Of a stretch of 26,498 nt of DNA, positions 23,853 to 26,498 are shown in pieces. A program made the translations under genes and the position numbers. The stretch lies in the IMG/VR virus record IMGVR_UViG_3300032675_000120, positions 1-26,498 of that record. One strand, given 5' to 3'. Numbering within the stretch: position 1 is the stretch's first letter; the number at the start of each line of letters is the position of its first letter. Below the pieces are notes generated by a model, which made no database searches, was not told the origin of the DNA, and saw only the letters and a program-made list of their open reading frames with translations. This DNA is from a virus. Lineage: Duplodnaviria > Caudoviricetes.

Positions 23853-25541
23853 CTAGTTGGAAGGAGCCGTCTGCGCTACTGGGAATGTGGGAGGTGTTTC
23901 GTCGGTTTCTGGCATGTCAACTTCGATGCCAGCGCCTGTTCCGCCAATTGAGTATCCACGGATTTTGCCCTGCTTGACCAATTCCCACGCCCATGGCTTC
24001 CACTGAACTCCGAGGAAAACCGTTCCAGGGGGGAACTTAACGTTTGAAACCGAGCCTGTGTCTGCCTGAATCATTGGGACTTCGACTTCGTGAGGCCATG
24101 TCATGGCTTCAAGCCATTCTCCAGCAACGATGTCGACGTTGTGTTGCAAGCGGATATCACGGTCGCCGTTCTTCACATATCCCCAAAGGGCTTGCTGAAG
24201 TTCTTGCGGGTCAGTCCACTCTCCGTGTGCATCGCCACGGTTTGGAACGTACCAAGGCCCGAGTGTGTAGCGTTGCTCTGCATCTTTGCGAATCGTGTTC
24301 GGGATGCTGTCGTCCTCTACCCCTGAACTCTTTGCAACCTTTGACTTCTTGCTTCGCTTCTTGCGACCATCTGACCAAACTGGGGTGTCAACGTGAACGC
24401 CCTCTGCTGTTGGTCCGCTTGCGGGTGCGGGTGCGGGCGCAGGTGCGCCTGCGTCGCCATCCTTTTGCAAGGTGTTCTTTGGAACCGTAATTCCAGAGTC
24501 GCCAGCGAGGTCAATCTTTGACGAGTCGTCTGAACTGTCTGAACCGTCTGAGGCATCCTGAAGTTCTGCACTTGATGCGCTTGATGCACGAATTAATACG
24601 GGAACCATGTTCAACTTGCACCAGCCCGTTGGCTTGCAAGAAACCGCAACCCAATCGCAACCGTTGTCGCCCTGGGCAATGCAATTGGCGCATGTCATGC
24701 CAAGTGAAAGTTGTGGAGAAATGTCAACGTAATTGACATCGCTTGATGGGATTCGGCCAAGTTCATCAACCATGTCGTCTAGTGATTCTGCAATCTCAAC
24801 TTGCCATGGGTCGAGGCCGTCTTTCCAATTCTCGCCCAGAATCGAGTCGTCGCTCGATGAACTACTCGAAGAAGACGAACTGCTTGAACTTGAAGAAGAA
24901 CTGCTGTCATCTCCAATAAAGAAAATTGGAACTTCAGATGAGTCGTCGCTCGAACTTGAAGAACTGGACGAGTCGTCACTTGAAGAAGATGAACTGCTTG
25001 ACGATGAAGAACTGCTTGAACTTCCGTCGCTTGAAGAAGAATCACTAGAACTTGAAGAACTGCTTGAAGATGACTCTTCGTCTTCGTCCGATGAGGAAAT
25101 TGAAGAACTTGACGAACTGGATGAAGAATCAGTAGAACTTGAAGAATCACTAGAATCTTCGGCCTTTTTGCCCTGAACTGCGCTAAGAATTGATGCGACT
25201 GTATTGGGGTCTAGTTTTACCTGAACGGCGTCGCTGGTCGTCGAACTTGAAGAACTGTCGTCCTCTTCTGGGACGGGGGATGGGGCCATTGTGAACGGGA
25301 AGCCAATTGCCTTGTTCAAATAACGCTCCCATTCAGGGGTTTCCGACGAGCCACTGTTTGGAACAAGAACGAGAGAGATTTCCTGGCTGTCTCCAGCAAG
25401 GGCTAGAAGGTCTGCTGATGCGTAGCCTTCCTTCATCAGTGCTTCGGCGCTGTCACGAACTTCTAGTGCTACAGACTTGTTGGTAGCGATTCCGACAAGG
25501 GATACGCCCGAAACAACATCCACGACGTTCATTTTTTCCAT
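23853..25541 (-). CDS. Prohead maturation protease, XkdF-like (Peptidase_S78_2), with a long low-complexity N-terminal region
   Basis: C-terminal domain YTLGPWYVPNRGDAHGEW...IRLQHN...PGTVFLGVQW..WAWELVKQGKIRGYSIGG, with the His and Ser motifs. AAGGAG RBS. Lies next to the portal. Confidence 0.85.
   Translation of the reverse strand: MEKMNVVDVVSGVSLVGIATNKSVALEVRDSAEALMKEGYASADLLALAGDSQEISLVLVPNSGSSETPEWERYLNKAIGFPFTMAPSPVPEEDDSSSSSTTSDAVQVKLDPNTVASILSAVQGKKAEDSSDSSSSTDSSSSSSSSSISSSDEDEESSSSSSSSSSDSSSSDGSSSSSSSSSSSSSSSDDSSSSSSSSDDSSEVPIFFIGDDSSSSSSSSSSSSSSSSSSDDSILGENWKDGLDPWQVEIAESLDDMVDELGRIPSSDVNYVDISPQLSLGMTCANCIAQGDNGCDWVAVSCKPTGWCKLNMVPVLIRASSASSAELQDASDGSDSSDDSSKIDLAGDSGITVPKNTLQKDGDAGAPAPAPAPASGPTAEGVHVDTPVWSDGRKKRSKKSKVAKSSGVEDDSIPNTIRKDAEQRYTLGPWYVPNRGDAHGEWTDPQELQQALWGYVKNGDRDIRLQHNVDIVAGEWLEAMTWPHEVEVPMIQADTGSVSNVKFPPGTVFLGVQWKPWAWELVKQGKIRGYSIGGTGAGIEVDMPETDETPPTFPVAQTAPSN
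24841..25270 (-). repeat. Poly-Ser/Asp low-complexity coding tract
   Basis: Imperfect TCTTCAAGT/AGCAGT/TCGTC-type units encode long Ser runs interrupted by DD/EE. Boundaries are approximate. Confidence 0.9.
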
Positions 25542-25562
25542 TGAGGCTCTCTCCTTGGGTGA

Positions 25563-25597
25563 TTTGTAAACAATGCTATCTCACTGTTTACAAAAAC
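25563..25597 (-). promoter_or_regulatory. Putative phage late promoter inside a 10-bp inverted repeat, upstream of the protease
   Basis: Minus strand GTTTTTGTAAA-N8-TAGCAT at 25573-25597. Inverted repeat TTTGTAAACA-N12-TGTTTACAAA at 25563-25594. Confidence 0.55.
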
Positions 25598-25605
25598 CCG
25601 TTTAG

Positions 25606-25719
25606 TTAGCGGATTGGACGCTGTACACCCTTGGGTGCGGAGGTCGGCGAAACTCGACGGAGTTTGGTGCCAGTCTTCTTTGGGGTGGAAGACTTAATCT
25701 TTCGGATTCTTAGCGTCAT
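25606..25719 (-). CDS. Small very basic peptide (37 aa)
   Basis: MTLRIRKIKSSTPKKTGTKLRRVSPTSAPKGVQRPIR, with an ATGA overlap on the portal stop. Read manually. Confidence 0.5.
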   Translation of the reverse strand: MTLRIRKIKSSTPKKTGTKLRRVSPTSAPKGVQRPIR

Positions 25720-26498
25720 GATGTCGACCTCTGGTTGTTAGTGAGGGGACCGCTCATGCCACTTGGCGGACGCTTTATTGTTCCACCAGTGGTGATGTTT
25801 CCCTTTTTGCCAGTTGGCTTCAAGTTTGGCGGTGCCTCGCCGGTGTACCCAGCCGAGGTGATATTTGCCTGTAGCCCTGAGCCACCTGATTGGTCACTCA
25901 AACCACCTTGTGGGTTTTGGATGTCTGTAACCTCAGTGCCTTCTTGTGAAGATGCGTCGATTGAGCCCTGGTTTGCAGTCATGCCTGGCTCTTCGTCGGA
26001 TGTCATCATGCCATCTGCATAGCGCTGATTTTCCGCAGCGCCCTCTGGCTCTGCACGGAATCCTGGCAAACCAGCCAATTCTCGCAAGTATTCTTCGAGG
26101 TTGTTGTCTGGCGTAATGAGTTGGCTCTGCGAAAGGTTGAGCAAGAACGCACCAAGTTCCTGGAGGTCGATTGCTGAAACCTGACCATACGTCAAGGTCG
26201 GCATGCGTGATGAGTCAAAACCGTTGAGTGCCATAAGTCGTGGAATGGCGTGGGTGTTGAAAATCTCCGCAATGAGTCGAATCCATGATTCAACGGCTGC
26301 GACGAAGAGGTCTACTTTGGAAGTTCCGAGGGCGAATGAACCAACCGATTCGTGTCCAAGCATGATGAAGTCCGCAAGAACCGTCATCGCAATGTGCTGA
26401 TTGTAACGAGTAATGATTTGGTCAGTGTTGAACTGACGTGTTCCGCCCGAGTTGAGCAACTTGAAGTCCACGAGTGGCTTGCCGTTTTCGTCGAAAAT
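25716..26498 (-). CDS. Portal protein, DUF935/Mu gp29-like (5'-truncated by the window edge)
   Basis: Frame is open to the window edge. IITRYNQHIAMTVLADFIMLG...GSFALG...AIPRLMALNG...LEEYLRELAGLP. First gene of the head module. Confidence 0.85.
   Translation of the reverse strand: MFDENGKPLVDFKLLNSGGTRQFNTDQIITRYNQHIAMTVLADFIMLGHESVGSFALGTSKVDLFVAAVESWIRLIAEIFNTHAIPRLMALNGFDSSRMPTLTYGQVSAIDLQELGAFLLNLSQSQLITPDNNLEEYLRELAGLPGFRAEPEGAAENQRYADGMMTSDEEPGMTANQGSIDASSQEGTEVTDIQNPQGGLSDQSGGSGLQANITSAGYTGEAPPNLKPTGKKGNITTGGTIKRPPSGMSGPLTNNQRSTS

Larger units (their letters stand above)
1..26498 (-). mobile_element. Tailed dsDNA phage (Caudoviricetes) genome segment: head morphogenesis module with a large accessory insert
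   Basis: Portal, XkdF-like protease, MuF-like protein, scaffold, decoration protein and major capsid protein are co-oriented and tightly packed, with many overlapping stop/start codons. There are no host housekeeping genes. Prophage versus free phage cannot be decided from this window. Confidence 0.95.

Noticed and set aside
24733-25176. Plus-strand Glu/Leu-rich 147-aa ORF
   Set aside because: It is the antisense shadow of the poly-Ser tract, with no independent support.
487-26400. Remaining plus-strand ORFs and nested minus-strand alternative-frame ORFs
   Set aside because: They essentially all overlap well-supported minus-strand genes and show no recognisable motifs.
1-26498. tRNA, rRNA or structured ncRNA genes
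   Set aside because: Intergenic gaps are short and I saw no cloverleaf or other recognisable structure. A tRNAscan/Infernal run would be needed to exclude them formally.

Overview
The whole window is the head-morphogenesis region of a tailed dsDNA phage, with every credible gene on the minus strand. The host is probably an actinobacterium (Rpf-like transglycosylase, gp88-like gene, a likely leaderless promoter). In transcription order it encodes: a DUF935/Mu gp29-like portal (truncated at the window edge), an XkdF-like prohead protease, a ~17.5 kb accessory block, a ~3.7 kb non-structural block with its own sigma70-type promoter, then scaffold, DUF2190-like decoration protein and major capsid protein. 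The accessory block is the striking part. Seven ORFs carry 13 canonical copies and 1 degenerate copy of a 14-aa peptide, K-G-[DEA]-x-x-G-H-x-F-[HRN]-G-N-[QR]-[YWF]. It sits at the start of most domains in the multi-domain ORFs: several ADP-ribosyltransferase-like domains, a HipA/PI-kinase-like domain, a GNAT, a Tas1/Apk-like alarmone synthetase and a ParB-like domain. The motif Lys is almost always preceded by a hydrophobic residue two positions earlier, a pattern also frequent in the scaffold. My inference is a capsid-packaged, protease-processed effector polyprotein system with a shared sorting or ejection tag. I also see a five-copy phage-specific late-promoter motif, candidate immunity genes with their own host-type promoter, and a protease that may be split between two genes. 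Domain calls come from motif recognition by eye; no database search was run.
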